From Tubulanus polymorphus (lineage: Eukaryota; Animalia; Nemertea), in assembly GCF_964204645.1 (NCBI RefSeq), contig NC_134025.1:12896001-12960000 (forward strand): a DNA stretch of 64,000 nucleotides. The letters are read 5' to 3'. A program made the position numbers and the translations under genes. This document shows positions 49,950-64,000 of the stretch, in pieces (the first letter of the stretch is position 1; the number at the start of each line of letters is the position of its first letter). The notes under the pieces were generated by a model that worked only from the letters and a program-made list of their open reading frames with translations, searched no databases and was not told where the DNA came from.

Positions 49950-52900
49950 TTATTTTAAGTTTGAACTGTTTAGTGGATTACGGTACCAGTATATGTGTTC
50001 AATGTTAATGGGCAGTTTTTAACACGGTGCTCATTACATATACACATGTATATTGTACATACATGAATTATATCTAGATAACAGTGATTTATCTTGCTTA
50101 CTCTGTATTATACATGAAGATGTATTTATATTGTCTAAATGAATTTCGCTTGTATTATTTTACCAAATAATTGCCCATTCGATGTGTTCTAAATTTTGTA
50201 AACAGTCAGATACCTCGGAGTAGGGTAATCGAGATATTAGTACTGAAAAATTTATTTGATCTCTGAATTACAGGTAGCTTGATTTTCCTGTGAGATAGCT
50301 CAAACTAGTTCAATATACCATATACAAATATGCCGATAAGATAGGTTTATCTGTATAATTTTAAAGAAGCATGTAAACCAGAAGAATTGGTCATGAAATT
50401 TTTTATTTTAATGATTTATGCATGTGGTGAAATCAGAATTTTGATTATTTTTAACTTGAAGTATCACTATGAACAAAATAATTTTCGTCAGCTAGCTTTT
50501 TTGATGATGAATCATGGAACGAACCAACTTTATGTACGCCAGACTTTGAAAATATGCGTTTATATGCGAAGCCTCTAAAACTTAGGCTGCAGTTCATTTC
50601 AACCATGGTAGAAGCTGTTGTTACCAAGCATTAAGTCATCAAATTCAGTCCGTTAATGGTAGCGATTTCAGACATAAGTATATTTTAGTGAAAAGTTTAG
50701 ACGCTTCAATCATACTTTATTTTTTATTTCGTGTTATATTATAATTAAAACGAGGTTTCTGAGGGATGTCTCAAAAAAACATTTCGCTTATAAATTTGAA
50801 AGTAGGCCTGATTTTTCTATGAAGTTGATGGCAGAGTTAAGGCTAGGAAATAGCTGGCTGTTTTTATTTGTAAATAAATAATATGTGTTTAGATGCCGTG
50901 TTGAGTTTTATTTCTAGTTAGTCCTCATGCCGCTCGAGCGGTACTCAGGAGTTTTTCAGCTGCGTTTTTGTTTTTTGAGAGCACTGCTGATTGTTAGCGG
51001 TAAAGGCAGGCGAAATGCCCACAAATCGCTTCTGAGGACGTTAAATTTTCAGATTTTTCCTCAGATCCCCTTATTGTGCCTGGCGCTAGGACTGGGCAGC
51101 AGTCTAGGACTGATACTTGATGGTCCAACTTAACACTGGACAAACACGTTGGAAGGTTGAAAATTAAGTGATTAGTTTTCATTTTAACGACGCAAAAATG
51201 TTTGAGATCCTTTTTTGAATCGGCCAATATTTCCCGTTCATAGTATTAACTGGATTATAGCTCAAGGTTTTTTTGAGGAACGTTCGCATCAGCCGTCATT
51301 TTTTTTAAACTGATCTTAACGTCAAATTAAGTTCATATACCCATACGTTACACTGGAGAGACCGATGTAGACATTCTGCTGTGCGCTAAAAATTACATCA
51401 AACATTCAAATATACGGATGCTTGAACATAAGACTATTTTTTCATATCCAATTGATACTCTGAGATTCGGTTTTATCCCAGAATTTGACTCGTAAATTGA
51501 AATCATCAATGGGCCGCACCTGTTTTGCGGTACATATAATTTGTTGTTCGATCGTTTGATCGCGGATTTGAAATCATTTTGTGAGCCGCGTAACAAGACA
51601 TGTAATTTATGATGCAGTTATTTCTGTCAGTATTTATGTTAATTAGAGACAATTGCCAGGGTCAGTTTTCAGTGTTCTCTTTTTGTGTAGATAGGTCGCT
51701 GGAAATTTCACGTACCGTAAGTATCCAGTTTATTTCTTTTAGATTTGAATATCGGTGCAATTAATTGAGATATTAGATGGGTTAATTCATCAAAAGATTG
51801 AAGATCGAGAATCGTAGCTTGCATTGTTTTACCTTTTTCTATAGATAATTGATGATGGTTTTAGGTTAACCAAATCGCCCCATTGAATATCTGATATTTT
51901 CACAAAGAAAATCGATGAATCCGATCTTTGTCAACGAATTCAAAGACAATATTCTAGAAAATGAATTGACAACATTCTGAAAAATAAATTGAAGTTAGGT
52001 AAGATAAAATAGGACAACCCTTGACTATGCGATTGAACTGGTTCTCATTAGAGTCACCTTATCACAGTTGAGGATTTGTAATTTTGATACGCAGTCTGTG
52101 GTATCTGGGTGGTAGTCTATGAATCGGGCCTCGTGTTGGAATATGAAATGTTAGTGTTATATGGTCGGTTGACATCAAGTAGGAGTGACATTCTAAAAAC
52201 AGCTGCGTTTAATGCGTTATTTTCACACGAACATCTATACGTACTCGGTCTACGCAACACTACAATTTTTCACGACAATCTAATTACACTCTGTAATGAA
52301 GTTGATAAAACATGATACAACATGAAGCTGATAAAAAAATGAGTTGCACAGTCCATTGCTTTGTTAATCGGTAAGTTTTTGCTGCGTCTGGTTTAATTTG
52401 TCGGATTCTTTCTCATAAATTCAAAATCTTGGTGTGAAATGATTTCTCAAATTATTTCATCATAACTTTAATTACAAAATACCACAATCTAAAAAGCCTT
52501 GTGAACAAAGCAACTGTTCGTGTCATCATAAAAAGGACATTTGGCTTAGTTATTTGCTCTAGAACGACACAGAGTTGTGATAGTAAATCTCATCTCGCAT
52601 ATAGGTACGTCGGAATTTTTTGTCGAAGATTTCTAAAATGAGGAGTGCATTATAAAGAATGCCAGGTTTATGTTGTCATTATCAAGTTCATACAAATCTG
52701 GATATGATCATGTGTTGTGATTACTTTGACAGCAATTATGATGGTGGTAGCATTCCTTGGCAGTATTTCGACGACAGTTTGCCTTCTTTGGTGGTTCCTT
52801 TTTCCCGTATCGATGGTAGATGGTCGACCTCGCTATACAGAGGCGGTAAGACGGCATATCGAGCACCGCGATTAAGTTCTTTATTACAGTAGACTCGGCT

Positions 52901-53435
52901 CAAGTTGGACCTTTTGGGACCGTAAAAGATGTTTCCGACTCGAGTGATATTCGAGTTGGATATTAGGCCTATGTTGTTCATAAATGAATAGTGTCACAAT
53001 GATATTTTGACAAACAACTGAGTTGAACTATCCGAGTCGATCGGTTCCGACTCGAGCGGACTCTAATGTATGCATGGGCGTCCCTAGGGAGGTTCGGTAG
53101 TTTCAACGAACCCTTTTTTGAAATTTCAAACGTCGACGAACGTCCGTACATGGTCTGCATTTGCTAAATTTAGCAAAATAAAATCGATGCATGCAAAGTA
53201 AAGGGAAACCAGTCTACCTATATTGGCCTCTGATTGCACCAGAACGCACCCGCTTGCACGAAATTTTCTGGGGGAGGACCACCAGACCCCCTTCTATTCC
53301 TAAAAATGAACTACCCAAAAAACGCTGGGGACGCCCATGTGTATGTTATTTCTCTCATTCGCAATTCTTAACTATAAGCGCACGAATTCCACATGCAAGT
53401 ATGCTATTCCTTTGAATTCTAAATTTAGCCTGCAG

Positions 53436-56400
53436 TTGTCCATAATCCAGAAGAAAGGCAATCTCCAGGAGCTTTCGAGTCGGACATGATACTGTCTCCA
53501 AAGCAGTTGGCAGCAATCCGCGAAGGCCAAAAGCTGGCCAAACTCGAGGAGGATACCACCGCCGCAAATAATGGAAAGCAAATTTACCGCCGAAGAAAAA
53601 GAAAGGCAACAACCGAAGTAGCGTCTTTATGGCACAGTGGCGTTGTTCCTTATGAATTCAGCTCCAATTTAGGTATGCAATACATCACATATAGGCCTAC
53701 ACGAGTTCCGGCGGTGACAACCGGTAGTTTTCTTTCATTGGGGAACACTTGAGATAAAACAATTTTCTAAAAATTTTCATATTTTTGTTAATATCTCAGG
53801 ATGTTTTCCTACTTTTAATCAAAACGATTTTCAAAACTAAAAATTCGACCTGTTTTGAAATTAAGCATATATACTTTGTTTTTGTGAAGACGAGCGCATC
53901 ATTACAGTTGCTATCAGAAGCATGCAACTTTGGGAAAAGAGTACTTGCGTGCAATTTCGGAACAAAACTAATTCGGACACTGATTACGTGTTGTTTGAGA
54001 AGGGAAATGGGTAAGCCTTGTTTGTGTAGCTTCTTGCTGCTAAACAGAGTGTTGTAGAAATATTGATCAGATTATTAAGTCCAATTTCTCAGGACTATCG
54101 ATTTCATATCATTGTCGTTTATACAGGTGCACATCGGCAGTTGGGCGTCAGATTGGGGAGCAGAGAATCTCGATTGGACAAGGTTGTGACATGGTTAGTA
54201 AGCCCACAAGCGTTCAAACGGGCAAAATACCGTTCCAAATTACTTTAGACCGTGCCAAATTAGACCGGTCTAAACATTTGGCACGGTCTAACAAAAATTA
54301 TTATCATGTAAAGTATTATCATTCCGAAGATTCACTTTGAAAATTGAGAGAGTAAGCCATTGTTTATCAACAGCGCGACGGACCATGATGCACACTGATA
54401 TCTAGGCAATCGATACCCTCGAAATTTAAAATGCCAGAAAATTCCCTATGCATCATCAAACTTTATTCATCATCAAAGTGATACATATGATCTCCCAGAT
54501 TTCCCAGATCAAAATTCCTCTTAAACCGACTGTTAGATATCGCATCGTTACTTCATATATAGGTTGGAGTTCTGGCTCATGAGCTCGGTCACACCCTAGG
54601 ACTTTTTCACGAACAAACCAGACCCGACCGGGACGATTTTGTCACCGTATTTTCGAAAAACATTCAAAAAGGTGGACTAGATAATTTCGTGAAATATGAT
54701 TTAGATAGCGTGCAGGACCACGGCGTTCCTTATGATCTTGGATCTATCATGCATTACGCGGGATGGGTAAGTCCATTAAGAAATCTAAAACCTTTATCAT
54801 GTCGTGAATTGCTGGCAGAATGAGGCGTTAATACGGTATATTTTTAAACTTTTAAACTAGCCGATGGTCAGTCACACAGACGTACCATTCTATCAATGAG
54901 ATAAACAACTGTTTGTCTACATTAATGAACATATTTTTCCAAAAGTACTTTAGTAAAAACAAAAAGCCAACGATCCTGGCTAAAAAAAGTGACATGCAGT
55001 CCGTTATGGGTCAGCGACGAGCACTCAGTCTTTACGACACTCAAATAGTTAACATCATGTACAAATGTGCAGGTGAGAATCCTCCTACTTGGAAACGAAA
55101 AAGAATTTTTGCTCAGATTCAATTCTGAAAATTCTCTTACTCTTATTCAAAGTCCATTGCAAGTCAGATATTGTCTGCCAGAACCACGGATATGTCGGCA
55201 AAGATTGCTCGTGTGTTTGCCCAGAAGGTTTGACGGGTGTTACGTGCGAAGATGTAACGGGTGTCATTCAGCAGTCAATGAATACTGAAAACTTTTCAAC
55301 TAAAGGTAAAATCTGAAGTCAAGGGTTCGCTTAAATATATTAATATTCAAACGGGAAATTTAATATTGATGCGTTCGGATTTTTATCAGGCTTTGGTTAC
55401 GCTGAAATGTCCACTTCTTTGCGAATTGCAGACGAATCTAAGACCTGCGGTGGAATTCTTTCAAACGATTCGGGAATAATAACTACTCCCAATTATCCTG
55501 CTGATTATAACAATAACATGGACTGTATTTGGTTAATCAAGGTAGGCCTATTGTGGTTTCATTGCACTTGATATTTTGAAACTAAGCTCGCCACAAATGA
55601 ATGTCAATTCGATTTCAGAATAAACCCGGTGGAATCATCCATTTCGAATTCGAAGATTTTGAAATGGAACACGAGTATGGCTGCGCATACGATTACGTCG
55701 AAATACGTCACAATGGACCTCAGATATTTGGACCAAGGTATCCAACCAGGACCGAGTTCCACAACATAGTCGTTTACGACTTGAATCGTAAATCGTTTTA
55801 GGGCCTATATTTCATCTATCGCGTCAAATACCGGTCCAAAACCATGATATATATACTGACCGATCCCGACTTCCGATAATAATGTTATTTCAAACCAGGC
55901 CTATTCATTCTTATACAGACCAATTTGAAGGTATTAAGATAAAGTATCCCCCTTATATATCTGGTTGAGTGATTTGATTTAAACATTAGTCATGCCTCTT
56001 ACAAACACACGCCTTCCGGGAGCGAAATGTATCTTAACCCTTTGAGGTCAAACGGGACTTTTGGGTCTGAACCCCTTTAACCCACAATAAGTTGATTATC
56101 AAAAGAATAAATTCCAACCTACTACTTTAAATAATGCATAACTATGTTTTCTAACATTTCCAATTCATCAAATTGTTTTCTGATGATTGACTAGGATGTG
56201 GTCACCATGGAAACATGATGAGACAAAACCTGTGAAAAAAATCCTGTCGGGACTTTTAAGTCCAACCACGTATAACTCCTATATAAGCAATGGGACCTAA
56301 AAGTCCCTACAGGGGTTTGAAGATACTGTTATTTGCAGATGATTTCAGGTGGTTTTGGCAAGATATCTGTCTTGACCTTGTCAGGAAGTAAGGGTGAATT

Positions 56401-57411
56401 TTCAGATTTTTCGACTTCCGGTTGCCATAGCAACCATGGGATTTGATGAATTCAATTTTTTTCACCCGAAATGTTTAAGTTGCTATATAACCAAGTTCAT
56501 AATAGCATAAATACAAAGTTTCTCCATAGTTAGAGTTACTCGGACCTCAAAGGGTTAAATCTAACAACGTACATTTTTTTCTTGTTTTGCTTGGTACCGT
56601 ACTCGGCATACAACCCTAGCCCTCCTGCTTGGAGAAACACCTCTCCAGTACTAAGACAAAACAGACCCAACTTCTACTGGTAAGACGAAACCCTTCATAT
56701 TGATCATGACGAATCCTGTGCACCTTGATACTGACTCTTATCTTCAGATATTGCGGATGGGGACCGAAAAAAACATTTCAGCTTCTCAACGACGGTCTAT
56801 TGATACAGTTCCACAGTGATGAACAGGACACCGCCAAGGGATTTCAAGCGTCCTACAAACTCGAACAAACTAGCAAAACTCCTGGTAATAATTTTTATCA
56901 ACAAAACATAATATCTTTATTAAACTGTATCGCACTTCATACAAAACCAACAGCTTTGATTACAAATCAGTCTCGTTTCTTGCCAATGGGACAAGAGGAA
57001 TTCTAGTCAATTATAATATACAATCTTTGTCCATAATTGCAGATGTAGTTCCAGAGTCAGACAAACAAACCTTAAAGTTCACTGGGAGAGTTTAGAATGC
57101 TATCTCATCTAATGTCTCTAAATATGTAATACATGTACATGTAGTTAGTATGAAAATCAGCAGAGGGCGGGAAATGGGGGTCTGTTATGAATAAAATACC
57201 TCTCAGCTGATTTTAACTTTAAATCTTTTGAATTCAAACAGTTGATGGTGGATGGTCGCAGTGGGGAATGTGGTCAGGGTGTGCATCCCAGTGCGGTATG
57301 TCATCAAAAATAAGAAAGCGGTCATGCACGCATCCAAAACCAAATCACGGAGGCAAGAACTGCGCCGGCCTGAAAGTTTCCATCGGCCAGTGCAAACTGA
57401 AACCATGCTGA
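53436..57411 (+). CDS. Astacin (M12A) zinc metalloprotease, pro-Astacin-EGF-CUB-TSP1; signal-peptide exon not located
   Basis: Exons 53436-53672, 53890-54010, 54127-54193, 54563-54766, 54946-55072, 55153-55305, 55432-55541, 55619-55737, 56748-56884, 57242-57411 (TGA). Propeptide FESDMIL, furin site RRRKR, zinc motif HELGHTLGLFHEQTRPDRD, Met-turn SIMHY, EGF (CQNHGYVGKDCSCVCPEGLTGVTC), CUB (CGG..TPNYPADYNNNMDCIWLI..CAYDYVEI..FHSD), TSP1 (DGGWSQWGMWSGCASQCG..RKRSC). Confidence 0.95.
56038..56554. mobile_element. piggyBac-like non-autonomous element in an astacin intron
   Basis: TTAA|CCCTTTGAGGTC ... GACCTCAAAGGG|TTAA. Confidence 0.85.
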
Positions 57412-59866
57412 AAAACCGTGCATTATCATTATTATTATAAATATTATTATGATTATTATTACTATCATTATCATTAAGGAAAGTATCTTGAATCTCAAAT
57501 TTGTGTTGTGAAAGCTTGATAAACCAATCATAATCTTACAAACTTAATCAAACAAAATGCACTGCCAAATCCATGACAAATCTACGGCAAAATTTCATGC
57601 CTAATAAAGGCAAGTGTAGGGCGATTGGTTGCAGCTGGTCACAAAATGGGTGCTTAGGTCGACCACACAGTGATTGTCAACCAATATGCGACTATTTTCT
57701 GCCATTCGCAAGAAAAACGCACATTGCTGGCAGTCACAAGGTTTAGTCAAGTCACTATGTTAGGTTTAAGAATCATTGTTGTTCTTGCTATGGAAACATA
57801 TGTAAAGTGTTTACACAAAACTGTGTAAAAATAAACGAAAGAACTAAATTTCATAACATGGGCTTGCTGACATTCTAGCATATGATCACCGATGATAAGG
57901 ATTTCAATAACAGCCTTAAAGAGTTGGTTGGCCCGTAAATGGACTATGTGCGTAGCATCCCTGACGAATGAGGACCCTGTCTACCACCAATAAACTTGAG
58001 ACTTCATCAGAAAAAAATAGGAGGTTCCAAATAGTAGAAAAAGAGCCTCAGGCTGGAGGAAATGTAGCGAAAGGTATCATGTATAGTTGCCCAAATATAT
58101 GATATGGCAAATCACACATTTCTACTGAAATGTAATTTAGAATTATTGCAGATGATGTTTTTTTGTAACATAGAAATAAATATCTACTTCGGATTTTTCC
58201 TTCAGTCACAATCATTTGGATTGTGTAATTTCTCAATGAAATTGAACTTTTATTTTTGACTGAATGAAATTAAATTGAATTTGTGACAAGCGCCAATAGA
58301 TTTCAACAATTACACAATTTTGTGATGTTGTGACAATTGATAGTTCATTAATGATATAAATGATACCTGGCAGGTATGAGTAAAATAAATCCAATCATTA
58401 ATTTATGTTTGTGTAACAGCAATGTCCAGATGAGAGGGAAACATTACATTGTTTACAACAATCCGAATACATTGCTAATCAGCATAATACAGGATACTGC
58501 GTGAACGAAATTTGGGCCCAGTCAGGGTGACCACAATCCATCCACTTCCAAATTCAGTGTTTTCTTGTGTTTTCCTGGGTTCTTTTGCAGACATAAAGGG
58601 TTGCTATCTTGACAGATCTAAGTAGTAAGCTAGCCCAGTAAATATTCTGACTTCCAGCTATCATATCTTAATAGGAATTTTAAAATTTACCATATGATAT
58701 GAAGATTTTTAAGTTACACAGTTGTTGATGACATGCAGATGCATCGGGACCATGAAACCATTGACCATAATTTTCTTTTTTTGGCCCTTATTATCTATTC
58801 TTATATTCACCCTTGCATATAATGCCCCTTAGGCGCTTTGCTTGGTTAATCCAGGATTTGTGCTCGCTTTTCTTTTTTTCTAAAATAAAGATGAATGGTA
58901 AAAAAAACCATGAAACACAATTCGTGGGTAAAAGGCGCAAGCAAAATAAACACCATTTCCCTGTGTTTTATCAATTCCTTGTGTTTTCCCTGAGAGAAAT
59001 TAGTTCCTTGTCTTTTTCCTGGGTTCCAGAATTGTGGTCTCACGTACTGAAAAAAGACCATCAACTGGGGCAGTAAAAATTGAGATTTTTTTCTAATTTA
59101 CATACCCCTTTTTTTCCATACCAATTTGATAACTATATGAAAGGAAGTTTGCTTCAACTGCATAAAATCTGTGAAAGTTTGAGCAACCTAATAGTTTCTT
59201 TCCTAGCTAAAAGGTCAAGCTGGTGATAGCAATAATGGCCTTGCAAGCAAGCCCATGATAAAACCTTTACTTTACCTTTCTGTTTGTTGCTATTAATATA
59301 ACCTGATGATGCACATGCTAGATATATCATTTCAGTAAACCCTTTCCCCAAGTTAGGTGATAACAACCATAACAATGAAATAAAAATTGAAATAACTGTA
59401 CCAATTTTCAAGTTTCACTGAAACCTAACCATCATCATACAATGCACCAAATACAAATGAAACCTAATTACCGACGCCTAACGGCAAATTCATTTCTCAA
59501 AACATAGTTTTTTGAACACATCAAATCGAATTACAGTAGACTTTTCGTCATACATTTCTAAATTCGGTATATGTATAAACATTTATATTATTCAATTATG
59601 CAGGTGATACAATCTGGACAACGGTTTGCAGTCCATACCAGTATACTGAATACCGCAAAAAAATGATGTAGGAATCTCAATCTGAAATAGTCTTTCTTAC
59701 AGAAGATTATTCCATGTCCGATATGTACCAGTTTAGCAGTCTTTCCAAAACTGTGAAACATTACTCGAAGGAATCAGATCAGGGAACCGTAAAATTTCAA
59801 CCAATGCAACTCTGTTGTAATGCCCAGTAACTCATCACGGTTTCACTGCAGCACAGCAGTTACGTT

Positions 59867-62800
59867 TTACGTTGATTTGTACAAAGTTCGGATGTATTTA
59901 TATATATTTCCGGCTCTGCTACGGCTAACACAACCTCTTGATTGAAGAAGTTCAACAGGACTGAAATAAACAGTGATCATAAATTCAATGACATAATTCA
60001 ATACATAGAATTTTCACAATTTTTACTGCAGGTTCTATAATTCAATTAATCATGTGCTTTTCGCAAAAGCAATTGCTCATCATTTATGTTCTTATCTTAA
60101 ACTGGTTACATAATCATCGCATCTTCGAGAGCGCGACAGTTAAATTCAAGGATGAATCAGTGTGTCTATTTCGTAAAATGGAATAGCATAGTTGAAATAA
60201 TTACCCCTTGATGAAATCCTGCAGTGATCGAAAATTTTGACAGAAGTTTAAGGCTGTCACGTAGCTGACCTGCGGTATGGAAAGATAAAATCGGAAAACC
60301 TGAAACCAAGAAAAACCGGGTCGTATAGAAAAACCATTGGCGATCAATCCAAATTTAGAAAACATTGGCAAAAACCATAGGAAAGGGTACAGTACTTGGA
60401 TGGAAATACCGGGTGATCTTTAGAAAAAGGACAAGAGATGCTAATATATAGAATCCCACACTAATGATGAACTAGAAAGTTTGAAATGTTTCCTATGAGC
60501 TAATAATTTACTCAACATTTTAATTTTATCCCAATAGTCATCTTCAGGAATACTTCACGTATTCGTGAACGATCCCCTAAGATGGCTATCAGGATATAAT
60601 CGAAACATTTAATCGAATAAAACTATTAGCTCATAGGAAACACTTTGGACTTTATTTTTCATCATTAATGTGGGATTTTATATATCAATTTCACGACACA
60701 GATATAGCATTTCATCAATGGTTAAGATAAGAGGCTAACTGTGTCACCGAAATAGTGTCTAGTACACTGGGACAATCCTAAATATTTGAGAATCATTGAG
60801 AGTATCGAAACATTTGATCTGGACAATATGATTATCCATGCATAGTGATAAAATGTTTCCAGACATATGGTGAGGTATATTTTTTTATTCATTTTCAAAT
60901 GAAAATTCCTTGGGTCCAGACAGCTTTTGTAGCGATAGCTGATATGAGTTGAGGTGGGTACAGACTGCTTTAGATTAGTAGAATCTTAATTCAAAGCTGT
61001 GATTTCCTTCTGGCGTAAATTTACCTGTTCTCTACCTTCAGTTAATGATGTCGGTACAGAAATTGCCATTTCTTTTCGCTGTTCTATATGACAAAGATCA
61101 GCTAATAATTCAGCTGTCATTACTGAAATATCAAACAGATCACAAGATCACAAATCAATTGCACAATTATGCATATCTTTCATGAAATGCGAACATACCT
61201 TGAGAATCACTGAATAAGACCTTTATATGAGTCAGGGAAAGAGAAGCCAGCGTTGATTCCACATATTTCGACTTGATGCTATAAGACATTTTCAACAATT
61301 TGATTTTACATTCAATTTAGTACGCGATCACAGTTCAAATAATCTTGATAAGCTTAAATAATAAGTTTGAAGAAAAATACATACAACTTCCAATTTCAAT
61401 AACCTAAAACCTAGTTTGTAATTACCTCAAATCTATGGCTGTGCAGCAATTTTCAGTAAGTATTGTGAACGTAGCCAAAATAAGAGGTCAATAGAGAAAA
61501 TTTCATAATCTTAATTGCCATAAGTCAGGGGGGACAATAGGGGATATGAATCCATGTTTTCACGCAAGAAAATTTCAGATATTCACAATTCACAAGTTTA
61601 AATAATGAAAATGGTTAGTTTTTATGAAAAAACGATGCGTTAAAGTTGTAACAACCCAACTATGGCACTCAAAACCATTACAAACAGGCAAATGAATGTC
61701 TATTACATAGCCTCACTTGCCATATGTCAATAAACCATTCAATTCTGACGAAATTAGATCCGAATCCCCATCCCAAGTACCAATCAGATTCGAATTTTCA
61801 TGGGAAATGTTTCATTGATTTCACAAAATATGATATATGTCAAATTAACGGTTCACAAAAAATTGAGTTACTAAGTGGTTTTGGTCTTAATGACAAGCTT
61901 AAATGTACTTATAAAGGATAATGTGAGAAAATGCTACTTACAGAGGTTTTTCAGGTATTTTTTCATCACCGGGTTTGACACGATCTTTCTCCAGTACCAA
62001 ACACGGTCGGTCGTAAAGTTCACACATATGTCGCAATCGGTCGAGCAGTTTACCTTTATTAGCACCATTCATAAAATCTATGTGGATGAAAATAACCTTA
62101 ATTATTGAAATGCAAAAATTGTTACTCAAGTGATATAAAACTGTCCAAAAAAAACTTGCAAACAAAATATGAATTTCATTCCAAAGGCAAATATTTTTTT
62201 CAAAGCGTCCACTATCAGATTAGTCAAATCACCATTCAGTTCATGTTCGACTACTGTTCAATTCAGGACACTTCCTGAATGAACTGAGATCAAATAAATA
62301 AAGGATCCAAGTTGACTATATCCTTGTTCTATTGTTCATAGCCAAGTGTACAATTTCTGGTTGTACAAAACCCTGAACATCTCTAATGATAAAATACCCA
62401 GTAGGTAAATCTGATTCATCATAGGTTAACCTTCCATCTAAAATACCAAAATATTCAAGCACTAAATGTCTTCTAGCACTAAACCAGAGCCATGTTAAGC
62501 CAGTTTCCAGCTACCTCATTCCTACTGCTCGCCAAAACGCTGAAAAACTGGTCCCGAGTTGGAAATTGAGCTAGGAAATATACTCGGCAGGAAATTTCTG
62601 GCGGGAAACCAAACATGAAAATGCTTACTGCAGCAGTTTTCAGACTGGTTAGATATGTTGGCGAAGAGTACTTTTTACTACTGAAGAGATTTTACTACTG
62701 AAATGAAAAGAAGCGTTGAAGTATTACCGGAAAAGTTTTTGCGTTCAACAGCCATCCGATTGCTGACGATAAAATCACACCCTGTCAACTGACAAACAAC

Positions 62801-64000
62801 TGGATTTAAGTTGTGTTCAAGTCTTAAAGCTGATACAAGATCCTGGATAGAAAAAAAAAACAACACCAAAATTAAATCAAGAAGCACAGACAAATGCCAT
62901 TACCAGTATTCTACAACAGTGGAGAGATAATCATTATTTATATTGTTCATTATTCGCAGGTTGGTTCAGGAAGGAAACAAATTTATGTACCTGTGCACCA
63001 TTGATTTCGCGTGAATCCACTAGAATCACTAGCTTATCCTTACGAGACAATTTCTGGAAATAATTTCAATAACAGATCATACATGTGCACGTGTAAATTG
63101 TATGCAATGCTGAAGACCTATTTCCACAGTTGTCGGTTTACGCAAGACACTTGTTAGAAAAAAATTATCAGTTCATTTCAAATTGTTTTCCACTAATAGC
63201 CAAAATTTGAACCGGAAACTGTGGAAGTGGGCGCTGGTATTCACATACTGGGACATATACATACTGTAGTATAAATAGTGACAAATCAGGGGTTGTTTTC
63301 TAAAAAAAATTTTATATTCAACCTAAATTCAAATGACTTGAGTTAACCCCTAGACCAGTATTGACTTAAACCCGGAAGGTAAAACAATCAATATTGAATT
63401 GAGATAACCCTGGGTTTAAGTTACCAGACCCTAGGTTAAAGGTAAAACTAATCTATACTATAGGACCTAAGGTCCTGAGCTCCTGATGTCCTGATTCATA
63501 ATCGAAATGAAAATAATTTTCATTGATGCAAATTGGTTCATTTTCTACAAGTGTCAAGGGGCACTGGCCACTATTGTCATTATAAAATTTCCTAGCTTCC
63601 CGAGAAAACTGGCAGTGACTAGAACCCAACTAAAATAGTGGCAGTACTGAGACAACAATATACGATTTATAAGACATCAGGTTTTGTGTAGACTGAAATA
63701 TTTTTTCTACAGTTATTGTAAAAGGCATTGGCAAGGAGAGCAGATCCAACTGCTAAGCAATTGACAACGAATGTGTCGTATAATCGAATTTCGAATATGA
63801 CCGTAGAGTCTCAATTTTTACCGAGAGATTCAAAACTATTCTTACCGGTGAAGATGTAAGAGAGTGTAGAACTGGACTAGAAATCTTAGAAAAATTCCCT
63901 GTTTGACGAGAGGACGATCCATTATTGACAACTTGAGAATCTAAACAACTGATCGCCGAAACATTGTTTATACTAGAAGTCTGTTGTTGTTTGTTGCTCA
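59867..64000 (-). CDS. FANCM: Fanconi anemia group M protein, 3' exons (ERCC4 nuclease-like + HhH2), continues beyond window
   Basis: Minus-strand exons 64000-63846 (partial), 63053-62991, 62842-62728, 62077-61942, 61278-61199, 61122-61025, 60299-60205, 59960-59867 (TAA). Translation LVILVDSREINGAQDLVSALR..VCQLTGCDFIVSNRMAVERKNFSDFMNGANKGKLLDRLRHMCELYDRPCLVLEKDRVKPG..FYLSIPQVSYVTALNFC closely parallels the vertebrate FANCM C-terminus (GCDYIVSNRMVVER; FYLSIPNISYITALN). Confidence 0.93.
60446..60685. mobile_element. Foldback MITE in a FANCM intron
   Basis: Long imperfect inverted arms (AATCCCACACTAATGATGAA..TGTTTCCTATGAGCTAATA / TATTAGCTCATAGGAAACA..TTCATCATTAATGTGGGATT). Confidence 0.7.

Noticed and set aside
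51690-52000. Upstream coding exons of the astacin gene
   Set aside because: Splice-like signals are present but no open frame or signal peptide could be built.

Overview
AT-rich, intron-rich invertebrate animal genomic DNA; the phylum cannot be fixed from sequence. Three host genes were reconstructed by eye from splice sites: (1) NXF1/TAP nuclear RNA export factor (+, at least 20 exons, 33164-48877, true first exon uncertain); (2) an astacin metalloprotease with EGF-CUB-TSP1 tail (+, 53436-57411); (3) the 3' end of FANCM (-, 59867 to beyond 64000). The first ~30 kb is mostly nested non-autonomous DNA transposons, satellites and decayed transposon genes (a spliced DUF6589-like gene and a DUF3987-like ATPase fragment). 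The main finding is in NXF1. It keeps the conserved '110-nt exon / intron / 37-nt exon' block, and that intron carries a hairpin matching the retroviral (MPMV/SRV-type) constitutive transport element, the RNA ligand of NXF1 itself. The intron also has an immediate in-frame stop and two candidate poison exons. This suggests an invertebrate version of the CTE-driven retained-intron NXF1 system, which I know only from vertebrates. Secondary finding: the FANCM ERCC4 domain keeps an intact ERKxxxD nuclease motif. All identifications are by manual reading and recalled motifs; no database searches were run.
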